NCBI GenBank assembly: GCA_023133295.1
Contig: JAGLWT010000037.1
Span: forward strand, 8,638 to 72,637
Reading direction: 5' to 3'
DNA: 64,000 bases
Source: a bacterium
GTDB lineage: Bacteria > AUK180
Shown here: piece after piece, positions 55,431 through 64,000 of the stretch
Layout: every line of letters starts with the position of its first letter
How positions within the stretch are numbered: position 1 is the stretch's first letter
Program-made: the position numbers and the translations under genes
The notes under the pieces: generated by a model
Database searches by the model: none
The model's input: only the letters and a program-made list of their open reading frames with translations
Told to the model about the DNA's origin: nothing

Positions 55431-55730
55431 TTAAACATCAAGCCTTTTAAGCTGATTAATGCTAATCAGCAATTTTTCAAATTTTACATTCTTATCTAAA
55501 TCAATTAAATCGATTGAATGCTTTAACCTGCTAATTAACTTGCTGAAAATCCTGAAGAATTTACCTTTTGGACAACCCTTGATCGCGATATCTATATCTG
55601 AGTGATCTGTACATGTACCATTAGATAGAGAACCAAAAACATATATTTCAGAGCATCCTTCGCTCTTCAAAATCTTTAATGCCTCTGACACATCTTCCTG
55701 ATAACTTGTTGGTATGTTCATTTTCCTCAT
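55431..55730 (-). CDS. Minimal nucleotidyltransferase (MntA-like antitoxin)
   Basis: 99-aa ORF with IYVFGSLSNGTCTDHSDIDIAIKG. Confidence 0.8.
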   Translation of the reverse strand: MRKMNIPTSYQEDVSEALKILKSEGCSEIYVFGSLSNGTCTDHSDIDIAIKGCPKGKFFRIFSKLISRLKHSIDLIDLDKNVKFEKLLISINQLKRLDV

Positions 55731-56167
55731 CTTTTTAACCTAACCCTCACATTATACTACTATTTGTCAATAATTCAAGAATTCTATTCGTCAAGGGAAC
55801 GGTGACTTCAACCAGTCAACAATTCAGAAATGAACAATGGACACGCGGCGCAGAGCACAAGCGACAAGTGCAGAAGTAAGTGTGAAGTGTCAAGTAGGGA
55901 AAAAGACGGGATGAAATAAAAACTGGATCCCACGGTCGCAAACTCCCTCTGGATGACACTCTTCAATTGTTCATTTCTGAATTGTTGACTGAATTTATCA
56001 ACCTTGAACACGCTTCGTAGAGCACAAGCGACAAGTGCACAAGGCACAAGTGTGTAAGGGAAAAGGAAACACATCCGTAACCGGAAAATTGTTTAGGATA
56101 AGAATATATTTGTATTCTATCTTTTATAATTGTCAACTGTCAATTGTCCATTGTCAATTCTATTCCA

Positions 56168-57682
56168 CTAGAATCTCAAATTCAGTGTCAGGTAATGATT
56201 ATTTCGCTCGTCCATCATAATTGAGAGATAGGGGTCATTCCAGTCAAAGAATGCAGCGTCTATCATATTGTATGACCAGAAGAGAATGTGTGCAGCCAGA
56301 ACATAGTAGTAATCCATCTCAGCTTGCTCATAAGCAGATTTCAGATCCGGATCTTCTTTGTTGGCTTCATAGAGGTCTTTCTTATCAAGATAGACTATCA
56401 GATTATTTATATTGGCACCATCGAAGATCAATGTGGCTGTAATAAATGTCCACCCCTTCATTGTTTTGCCTTTGTAGAGCTGTCCCCAGCCGGGAAGTAG
56501 CGCTGAGCGCCATACAGCTCCAAACCTGGTGGCTCTTCCAATCTGTGTATTTGGGACGATCTCACCCGAAAAGCCTCTCAGATTGGATCTGCGGCGAAAT
56601 TCATCTTTGTACTTTCTGCCGGCTTCATAATCTCTGACACCCTCTATATGACCGCCTTTATCCCGGTCCTTATCTTTCTCGTGGCCGTAATGATTACCCT
56701 TGTCGCCTTTGTCCTTATCCTTGCCGTATTGGTTTCCGCTATTTTCCTTGTCATCCTTATCCTTCTTGTCTTTATCTTTGCCTTTTTCTTTATCTTCTTT
56801 CTCTTTCTTATCCTTCTTTTCTTTATCCTTGCCTTTCTCTTTATCTTCCTTGTCTTTCTTATCCTTCTTTTCTTTGTCTTTTCCCTGTTCCTTATCTTCC
56901 TTATCCTTCTTGTCCTTGTCCTCTTTATCTTTCTTTTCCTTATCTTCTTTGTCCTTCTTTTCCTTATCCTTGCCCTGTTCTTTATCTTCCTTCTCTTTCT
57001 TTTCCTTTTCCTCTTTTGCCTTCCTGTCCTTCTCTTCCTTCTCTTTCTTTTCCTTTTCTTCTTTTGCCTTCCTGTCCTTCTCTTTCTTTTCCTTTTCCTC
57101 TTTTGCTTTCCTGTCCTTCTCTTCCTTCTCTTTCTTGGCCTTTTCCTCTTTTGCCTTTTTGTCCTTCTCTTCCTTTTCTTTCTTTTCCTTTTCCTCTTTT
57201 GCTTTCTTGTCCCTTTCCTCCTTCTCTTTCTTTTCCTTTTCTTCCTTTGCCTTCTTGTCCTTTTCTTCCTTCTCTTTCTTTTCCTTTTCTTCTTTTGCCT
57301 TCTGATCCTTTTCCTCTTTATCTTTCTTTTCTTTTTCCTCTTTTACTTTCTTGTCCTTCTCTTTCTTCTCTTTCTTGGCCTTTTCTTCTTTTGCTTTCTT
57401 TTCCTTTTCTTCCTTTGCTTTTTTGTCCTTCTCTTTCTTATCTTTCTTGTCCTCTTTATCTTTCTTGTCTTCCTTATCCTTTTTGTCCTCCTTTTCTTTC
57501 TTTTCCTCCTCTTCTCTATCCTTCTTGGAGGAATCGTCCTCTTTTTTCGAATCGGATTCCTGAGCAAGCAGCATATGATCTCCGCTGAAGAGATCCTCAC
57601 CATTACCAGTAGCAGACATCTCTGTCCAAACACTTGTTACTGCGAATAAAATAATTACAATGCCTATGAGCTTCTTCATCAT
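56168..57682 (-). CDS. Secreted/membrane protein with a ~300-aa K/E/D low-complexity region and a C-terminal LPGWGQ-type membrane domain
   Basis: 504-aa ORF with signal KLIGIVIILFAVTSVW, a long (KEKEEKDKKAKEE)n region and a C-terminal WRSALLPGWGQLYKGKTMKGWTF. Confidence 0.6.
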   Translation of the reverse strand: MMKKLIGIVIILFAVTSVWTEMSATGNGEDLFSGDHMLLAQESDSKKEDDSSKKDREEEEKKEKEDKKDKEDKKDKEDKKDKKEKDKKAKEEKEKKAKEEKAKKEKKEKDKKVKEEKEKKDKEEKDQKAKEEKEKKEKEEKDKKAKEEKEKKEKEERDKKAKEEKEKKEKEEKDKKAKEEKAKKEKEEKDRKAKEEKEKKEKDRKAKEEKEKKEKEEKDRKAKEEKEKKEKEDKEQGKDKEKKDKEDKEKKDKEDKDKKDKEDKEQGKDKEKKDKKDKEDKEKGKDKEKKDKKEKEDKEKGKDKDKKDKDDKENSGNQYGKDKDKGDKGNHYGHEKDKDRDKGGHIEGVRDYEAGRKYKDEFRRRSNLRGFSGEIVPNTQIGRATRFGAVWRSALLPGWGQLYKGKTMKGWTFITATLIFDGANINNLIVYLDKKDLYEANKEDPDLKSAYEQAEMDYYYVLAAHILFWSYNMIDAAFFDWNDPYLSIMMDERNNHYLTLNLRF

Positions 57683-58072
57683 GGCCTCCTGTTTCGTGTA
57701 TTATGGCAATATATATGCCAGTTTGCAAGAGCAACAGAGCACACGAGCACAAGGCACAAGTGGACCCAGTGGAACAACAGACAAGAGAGAATGAAGAATG
57801 GAAGAAATCCTGAATGCCACGCCTGTGGCTCTGCATGACAGGGAGGAAAACTGGATTCCCGATCTAGTCGGGAATGACAGAGTGGATGGATCCTTCGCAA
57901 AAACCTCAGGATGACACGCAAGAGAGGACAGGTCCCCGATGTAATCGGGGTTTCCAAGGTCACAAGCCCTGTCCCTACGATCATTCTCTGTTGTATTTAT
58001 TTCCCTCTCCAATTATTCATTGTATTTACGCACTTGTCACTTGTGCTCGTGTGCACTTGTGCGCCTATCACC

Positions 58073-59053
58073 CTATTCCGTGCGTTTTCCGAGCATCGGG
58101 CCTTCCTTGTAGAGGATGTAGAGGACGACCGCCATGAAGATCACAGACACAATCGCGGTATAGGCGAAATCGTTAATATCCATGGTCGTTTCATTGAAGA
58201 TCCATTTCACTGCCGCGGAATCATTCACCATGCCGTGGATGGCGATACCGATCAGGATGCTTCCGCCGAGGCGGTTGTAGAAGTAGGTGATCACAATGGT
58301 GTACATTATACAGAGCATCGTGAAGATAAAATAGAAGAATACAAAATTCGCCATGCCGGTAAAGGGATTGACCTGTGTGATCTTGACGGGAATATGCCAG
58401 AGCGCCCACATAATGCCCAGGATGATACTGGCCTTGAGGGGTGTCATTTTCTTTTGAAGCCGGGGAAGGGCGAAGCCTCTCCAGCCGACCTCTTCCATCA
58501 GTCCCCCGCCGTCGAAAAAGAGGCCTGTGAGGAAGATGAATATGATCTGACCGATCGAATAAAAGGACTTGAACTCAAATAAAGCGCCGGTCGGTACATC
58601 GGTAATAAAGTTCTTCGTCACCGAGACGGCGATATTGATAAATGCGATGAGTACGATAGCCTGCATCCAGATCTTTAGGCCCTTTCTGGCGGAAATATCC
58701 GGTGCCCAGAAGCGGAATCTTGAAAAGAGCTCCTTAACACCAGCCTTTCCCTTGGTTATCGCGGAGATTATGATACCTGATAAAGTTGCTGTGAACGGCA
58801 GAGCCAAAAGGATGAAGAGGAACCACCATCCGCCCGCTACCTTTGCAACAATGGGCGCGGAATACAGTATATTGGTATTGTATCCCTTGCCGCCGGTTAT
58901 CTTGTCAACATCATCAACGAAGTTGGGGTAGTTAGTGAAGATGATCACCGCCAACGGCAAAAGCACGATTGAAAGAAGTCCCGCCAGTAGCCAGAATGAC
59001 AGTAGGTCGTGCTTTGTAATGTACGCTGCAAATTTTCCTTTTTCTTTAGGCAT
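58073..59053 (-). CDS. CPBP-family (CAAX/Abi) intramembrane protease
   Basis: 326-aa polytopic ORF with EEVGWRGFALPRL, MWALWHIP and AIHGMVN motifs. Confidence 0.8.
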   Translation of the reverse strand: MPKEKGKFAAYITKHDLLSFWLLAGLLSIVLLPLAVIIFTNYPNFVDDVDKITGGKGYNTNILYSAPIVAKVAGGWWFLFILLALPFTATLSGIIISAITKGKAGVKELFSRFRFWAPDISARKGLKIWMQAIVLIAFINIAVSVTKNFITDVPTGALFEFKSFYSIGQIIFIFLTGLFFDGGGLMEEVGWRGFALPRLQKKMTPLKASIILGIMWALWHIPVKITQVNPFTGMANFVFFYFIFTMLCIMYTIVITYFYNRLGGSILIGIAIHGMVNDSAAVKWIFNETTMDINDFAYTAIVSVIFMAVVLYILYKEGPMLGKRTE

Positions 59054-59237
59054 TTTTTGCTCCTCTTAAAATAGTTGATAGGGTGATAAGGTGATAGGTT
59101 GACAGGTGGGGAGTTATAGAGAAGTGAATAGTGTATAGTGAAGAGTTAAGAGATAAAGAAGAGGGTAGTTGAGAGAAGACAGCGAGTAAATCTATCTCTA
59201 ATTTCGCTTCTTTAGTCATCTATTCCCCGCATGGTTC

Positions 59238-59266
59238 AGTATACAGTATTCAGGTGCGATTTGCAA
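59238..59266 (-). promoter_or_regulatory. Promoter module P3 (TTGCAA-17-TATACT)
   Basis: -35 is at 59266-59261 and -10 at 59243-59238, 185 nt upstream of the start at 59053. The roughly 190 bp at 59110-59300 aligns with 47640-47830. Confidence 0.5.
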
Positions 59267-59705
59267 AGCAAACACCTGAATATAGAGGTTAGAGGCCTAT
59301 AGAGAAATTGACAATGGACAATTGACAATTAAAAGATCAAACACAATGAGATTTTTCTCAACTTTTGAACTTTTGAACATTTGAACATGCTTCGCAGTGA
59401 ACAATTACAGATAGAGGTTAGTGGGGAAGTGAAAAGTGAATAGTGAATAGTGAAAAATAAAAGAGGGAAAAGATGGATGTTTCGCGTTGCTCAACATGAC
59501 AAAGGACGGGTCCAGCCCGATAATGACGGGATACAGTGAATAGTGAACAGTGAACAATGAACAGTGAATAGTGAAAGAAATCCTGGATGCCACGCCTGTG
59601 GCTCTGCATGACAGGGAGGAAAACTGGATTCCCGATCCCCGATGTAATCGGGGTCTCCTCTTTTCCGTCTTTCCCTCTCCCCTTGCCTGATATTTCATTC
59701 AACAG

Positions 59706-59831
59706 ATATGGGGACGGTGGTTGGCATAGTTGGCATAATCCGCCTCTATATTCCCCTGTAAGTATTGTTATGATAGACTGTAACGGCGATTTACTCATTT
59801 AGAATTATTTCAAGAAAATGGGGCCAGAAGT
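59706..59831 (+). repeat. Module C copy
   Basis: atatggggacggtggttggcatagttggcataatccg...attgttatgatagactgtaacggcgatttactcatttagaattatttcaagaaaatggggccagaagt. Confidence 0.8.
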
Positions 59832-60238
59832 GAGTAGTAAGTGCCCCAGTGAACCAGTGGACCCAGTTGAACAAAAGTAAGTGCGCCAGTGACCTAGTCT
59901 TCCAGGTTCGAAAGCCGGAGGGATTCTCTTTTCCACCTCCTTGCTCTTTCTCGGATCTCTCTTATTCCCATCTTCTCCCTCCCATATTTCCCCCTCCTTC
60001 GCCTGTTATTTATTCAACAAATATGGGGACGGTGGTTGAAAGTGTTGAATAAAAACAGCGTGTTTTCGGAAGTAATTCACGCATTGTTCGACTTTCTTTC
60101 TGCTGTCTGCTTCAAATATGACATGGGGACGGAGGTTGAATAAGATTGTTCAAAGGTTCAAGGTTCCAAGTTGAGAAACAGGGAGGAGATTTTCACCGTA
60201 CAACAGTCGTTTGACTGTTTGATTGAAAGGATGAAAGC

Positions 60239-61399
60239 TTACCTAAATAGATTCAGATACGCAGTTAGCTCAAATAATCTGTTCCTTGAATGCCCGGTGA
60301 GTTCGGTCAGAAACCCGAAATCTATGAAATCTTGTATCGCCCTGGAAGCAGCAGGGAAACTCACTCCGAGGTATTGCGCTGTTTGAGTGATAGAAACTAC
60401 AGGATTGGAAAATAGAAATAATAAGAGCTTGTGTGCTTGGTTTGCTTTCTTACCCATAGATAGAATTCTTTCATCGTACTTTTGACGCAACAACAATATC
60501 GATCCGAGTGTTTCCTTTGCCTTTCTCGAAGATTCTATCATTCCGGAGAGAAAGAAATTGATCCATTGATCAAGATCATTTCCATTTCTAACCGTTGTCA
60601 AAGACGTATAGTACAAGCTTCTGTTCCTTTCGAAATAGTCGGACAGATACAAACTCGGTTTGGAAAGAATCTTTTGTTGAACAAGCTGCAGCGTGATCAG
60701 TAGGCGACCCATCCTGCCATTGCCATCGAGAAAAGGATGGATGGTCTCGAACTGATAGTGACTTATTGCTATCTTGATCAGATTTGGAGTAGAAAGATGC
60801 TTGTTGTGCCAGAATTTTTCCAGATCAGTCAGCAAATCCGGAAGATCTTCAGGATGAGGTGGAATAAATATAGCATCTTTCAGACTTGACCCGCCGATCC
60901 AATTCTGACTCCGTCTGATTTCTCCGGGATCTTTATAGTGTCCACGAACTCCAGATAGAAGAATTTTATGAGCTTCCTTAAGAAGCCGCATTGACAATGG
61001 AAGTGACTTAAGTTCAGTAACGGCATAATTCATCGCTCGGATATAATTATGCACCTCTTCCCAATCATTCCTGCTTTCAGGTGATATTTCATTAACAGGC
61101 ATTACGGCATCAATTATACTTGTCTTTGTACCTTCTATTTTACTGGAAGTTGTCGCCTCCTTCGTCACATGCATTTTAATAATGAAATCCACATCCGGAA
61201 TAAGTTCCGCATAAGCGTTCAATTCACCAAGACAATGCACCGCTTTTTCAACAAGAATTGGGATTTGCATGTCCGACCAGATGTATTCTCGGTTAACCAG
61301 AGTTGGTAAAAAACTCTGATACTCATAATTCTGACGATAATTGCCTGAATCATAAGAACTTCTCTTTTTCATATTTCCTCTCTCGATATATATTAACAC
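60239..61399 (-). CDS. Fic-family protein (AMPylase-type) with a C-terminal wHTH
   Basis: 386-aa ORF with the Fic motif HPFLDGNGRMGRLL. The real start may be the MKKRSS codon at 61372. Confidence 0.85.
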   Translation of the reverse strand: MLIYIERGNMKKRSSYDSGNYRQNYEYQSFLPTLVNREYIWSDMQIPILVEKAVHCLGELNAYAELIPDVDFIIKMHVTKEATTSSKIEGTKTSIIDAVMPVNEISPESRNDWEEVHNYIRAMNYAVTELKSLPLSMRLLKEAHKILLSGVRGHYKDPGEIRRSQNWIGGSSLKDAIFIPPHPEDLPDLLTDLEKFWHNKHLSTPNLIKIAISHYQFETIHPFLDGNGRMGRLLITLQLVQQKILSKPSLYLSDYFERNRSLYYTSLTTVRNGNDLDQWINFFLSGMIESSRKAKETLGSILLLRQKYDERILSMGKKANQAHKLLLFLFSNPVVSITQTAQYLGVSFPAASRAIQDFIDFGFLTELTGHSRNRLFELTAYLNLFR

Positions 61400-61563
61400 A
61401 TAATGAGAATGTAGTCAATACGCGACACGGTATTAACGAATTTTATACTTTGCGTTAATATAAGTGTTAATAAGTGGCATTGCTATTAACACTTCAAAGG
61501 TTAAGTATTGACAAGTAAATAAAGTATCGGCTCTTTACCTTTTACTTTCTCAAGTGCTGCAAT

Positions 61564-61592
61564 TTGAAAAACGAGCATAAATCAAGTAAAAT
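61564..61592 (+). promoter_or_regulatory. Promoter (TTGAAA-17-TAAAAT) with a hairpin-containing leader
   Basis: -35 is at 61564-61569 and -10 at 61587-61592, 82 nt upstream of the ATG at 61674. The leader hairpin is CCGGTTTC-gagt-GAAACCGG. Confidence 0.55.
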
Positions 61593-61673
61593 GATACGAG
61601 AGGCCGGTTTCGAGTGAAACCGGAGATAGATTTTGATTTGCCGGCAAAACGCGCTTTCCGGCAAGGAGGAAAA

Positions 61674-62540
61674 ATGAAAAAATTATTAATGCTCTTACTT
61701 TTGACCGTCCTGATATCCTTTAGTACAGATTCAGCAGAATTCAACTACGGAGTAAACATAGATCTCGGCGGCAGTACTCTTACCTGTAGCAACCTTAAGG
61801 ACGCTTTGGAATTTTATCAACTTGGTGATATGGATATAAAAGAATACACGACAAAAGCCACACCTGGATTTGGATTTGAGCTTGGAGGATATTTTGAATA
61901 TCTTATTTCCGAAGCTATGAATCTTCGCTTTTCAATCAATTACCTCTCAATCAGGTCCACCATCTCCATCGACAGGATCGAAGATGACTCCCATACTGAC
62001 CTCACCTGGAGGAAAGATATACAATCCAAAGCAACTTTCAGTCTCAATTTTATCAATATACCCATAGTGTGTAAATTCAAGCTCGGAGAGACAGGAAAGG
62101 TTTTTCTTCTTGGGGGATTAGAATTCAAATTTCCCATGAATGCTGAGATGTCTTCGGAAGAGATCGTATTGGACGAAACCTATACTTTGGGAGAACTCAC
62201 CGATTCACAAATCGTTACAGTCAAATATGACTCAAATATTGATTCCATCTATACTACGATGACGGACCTGATATTGGGAGCGGGGATGGAATTCCCCTTT
62301 GGCAGCTCTGTGATGGAGATCTTGATCAATATTAACATACCCCTGTCTAAGCAACAATTGTACACTTCAAATCCTTGGTTCCACGATATAGCGGAGAACA
62401 ATGAGGCATTTACATTTAACGGGAAAAATGACATCTATAAAGATACCGGCAAATTGCTGGATGACTTCACTAACTGGTCATTATTTATTACCGCCACATA
62501 TAGGCTTGGGAGTATTGGCGGAAGCAAAACCGAGCACTAG
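61674..62540 (+). CDS. Outer-membrane beta-barrel protein
   Basis: I chose the start at MKKLLMLLLLTVLISF (signal peptide). It has alternating beta-strand pattern and a C-terminal ...ITATYRLG. Confidence 0.6.
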   Translation: MKKLLMLLLLTVLISFSTDSAEFNYGVNIDLGGSTLTCSNLKDALEFYQLGDMDIKEYTTKATPGFGFELGGYFEYLISEAMNLRFSINYLSIRSTISIDRIEDDSHTDLTWRKDIQSKATFSLNFINIPIVCKFKLGETGKVFLLGGLEFKFPMNAEMSSEEIVLDETYTLGELTDSQIVTVKYDSNIDSIYTTMTDLILGAGMEFPFGSSVMEILININIPLSKQQLYTSNPWFHDIAENNEAFTFNGKNDIYKDTGKLLDDFTNWSLFITATYRLGSIGGSKTEH

Positions 62541-62937
62541 AGCACAAGCGACAAGTGCACAAGGCACAAGTGCAGAGGGGAATAAATACAATTGACAATG
62601 GACAATTGACAATGGACAATTGACAGTTGACAATTACTAAGAAATGTTCACAAGTTGAGAAATATTAATAACATTAAAAGATGTGTGGGGGATGTTTCCG
62701 TTTGATTCTAACGGGGCGAAGAGTGTACAATTGCTTCACAATTTTCAACTCTCCGCTTGGTCCTTTTACACCCGGACAGACGAACGCCTATGGCGTACGA
62801 CATGTCCCATATCTTGTTTGGGGTACGGCGTGATATGATTGTAACAGGAAGATTAGTGGGTTAATCGAAATAACGATTTTCCGGTTACGGATGTGCTTTT
62901 TTCCTTCCCCGCTAATTTCTGTTTGTTGTATCAAGTG

Positions 62938-63741
62938 TTATTTTTGGTAACGTTTGGGATTTATAAGGTTTTCACCTTTTCTTATCTTACCGGATTGCCA
63001 GACATGCCAAGTACCATTGATCTTTCCTTTTATCCCCCAATATTTATATCCGCCTTTTGGGGGTCGAGGGCCGCTGAAACTAGTCATTGTTATTAAAGCC
63101 GCATCCTTCATATTATATTTTTCAGCAATGATCTTTATAACTCTCTGCTGAAACTCCTTTGATTCCAAAATGTATTTGGGATGAATTCCCGTAATAGGCT
63201 CAAGGAATGTTTCAAGCTCTTTATCTGTGTATTCTTTATTTGGATCGTAGCATTCCCTCTTATTTTTATCAGAAGCACGAACAGCAACGGGTTTTACTAT
63301 ATTCTCCTTGACAGGTACTTGAGGGGTATAGGTTGATTGAAAATCTATTAATGTGTAAAGCGGATTCTCTCCGGAAAGATAAAATATACCACGCTCTTTG
63401 ATCTTAAGGGCGCGAAAACTCAGCAATAATTCTCTTCCTTTTACGGAAATAGAGATAGTTTCCCCATTTTTAATGGATTTTCCTTCTAAAACTGCTATAA
63501 TTTTTACTGTATAAATGATCTCTTCTAAAATGTCCGGCCTGCCCATTAAAGGATTGGACCGCCTATCCCATATTTCTTTTTTATTAAGGATCTCTCCTTT
63601 TAAAATTGCATTGGAATCTTTTGCACATTCCTTATTTATAATAGTGCCTGAATTACTCTCTTGCTTTCTCAGGTTCATGGCAAATAGGTTGTTAAATAAT
63701 AGGCAAATAGTAAGAATTTTTAAAAACATGATGTTTTTCAT
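62938..63741 (-). CDS. Secreted hypothetical protein
   Basis: 267-aa ORF with signal FLKILTICLLFNNLFA. Confidence 0.5.
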   Translation of the reverse strand: MKNIMFLKILTICLLFNNLFAMNLRKQESNSGTIINKECAKDSNAILKGEILNKKEIWDRRSNPLMGRPDILEEIIYTVKIIAVLEGKSIKNGETISISVKGRELLLSFRALKIKERGIFYLSGENPLYTLIDFQSTYTPQVPVKENIVKPVAVRASDKNKRECYDPNKEYTDKELETFLEPITGIHPKYILESKEFQQRVIKIIAEKYNMKDAALITMTSFSGPRPPKGGYKYWGIKGKINGTWHVWQSGKIRKGENLINPKRYQK

Positions 63742-63769
63742 TACTTTCTCTCTTCGTACTTCGCACTGT

Positions 63770-63925
63770 ATTTTTCATTTTTCATTCTTCATTTCTCATT
63801 CTTCATTTCTCAATTGTTCATTATTCATTCTTCATTGTACCCTGTGCTTTATCCCTTGTGCCTTGTGCCTTGTACCCTGTCCCTTGTGCTCTTGTCACTT
63901 GTGCACTTGTCCCTGGGTCACTTAC
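63770..63925. repeat. Heptanucleotide arrays (TTCATTC/TTCATTT then CCTTGTG/CCTTGTA/CACTTGT)
   Basis: tttttcatttttcattcttcatttctcattcttcatttctc... then ccttgtgccttgtgccttgtaccctgtcccttgtgctcttgtcacttgtgcacttgtccc. Confidence 0.8.
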
Positions 63926-64000
63926 TACTGACTATTTTCTTGTAGTACTCGTAGGTATCCGCGACGGTTTTCGCCACAGAGAATTTTTCGCGCACAAGCT
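63918..64000 (-). CDS. 3' end of a gene whose start lies beyond the window (tail resembles glycosyltransferase C-termini, weak)
   Basis: Minus-strand frame gives ...LVREKFSVAKTVADTYEYYKKIVSSK*. Only 27 codons are visible. Confidence 0.3.
   Translation of the reverse strand, partial: LVREKFSVAKTVADTYEYYKKIVSSK

Noticed and set aside
56648-57649. Plus-strand and alternative-frame ORFs (333, 201, 190, 96 and 70 aa) across the K/E-rich gene.
   Set aside because: They are mirror or frame-shifted readings of a homopurine/homopyrimidine tract. Only the minus-strand 504-aa frame has a signal peptide and a recognisable C-terminal domain.
1-64000. rRNA, tRNA, tmRNA, RNase P and other housekeeping RNA genes.
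   Set aside because: Reading the intergenic regions, I recognised no cloverleaf-like or conserved RNA signatures. This was a visual inspection only. tRNAscan-SE and Infernal would be needed for a definitive negative.

Overview
AT-rich bacterial chromosomal accessory region. The host looks Gram-negative (outer-membrane beta-barrel genes), uses Shine-Dalgarno sites and has sigma70-type -35/17/-10 promoters. Nearly all genes are on the minus strand and form short, self-contained cassettes.

Coding content is mostly defence and toxin-antitoxin genes:
- a Type I R-M operon (hsdR-hsdS-hsdM) with an appended PIN-like/2TM gene;
- two divergent AbiL-like pairs (AAA ATPase + RloB);
- two AbiE pairs, one with its toxin destroyed by a MITE;
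- two MNT/HEPN pairs, one HEPN truncated;
- an XRE-Panacea antitoxin / RelE-like toxin operon with four small trailing genes;
- a KAP P-loop NTPase, a Fic protein, and GIY-YIG and PD-(D/E)xK-like single genes;
- a class III nucleotidyl cyclase and several envelope proteins.

The most interesting coding locus is a tightly packed four-gene operon at 32588-35606. It encodes a QueC-like ATPase, a PfkB kinase fused to a nucleoside 2-deoxyribosyltransferase, an OGG-like HhH glycosylase and a Gly-rich small protein. It lacks the partners that define the Que, Dpd, Qat or type IV CBASS systems.

Non-coding content is equally unusual:
- a decayed integron (intI 3' remnant plus one cassette with a textbook attC);
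- a 272-bp MITE with terminal inverted repeats, in two copies, each splitting a gene;
- intergenic spacers built almost entirely from a small set of repeat modules: a 3'-flank module, heptanucleotide tandem arrays, hairpin modules, GGGGACGGTG-anchored modules followed by a doubled word, and conserved promoter modules;
- several kb of gene-free repeat mosaic between 47.5 and 60.2 kb.

I recognised no rRNA, tRNA or CRISPR array. All protein family calls come from reading motifs by eye, not from searches.
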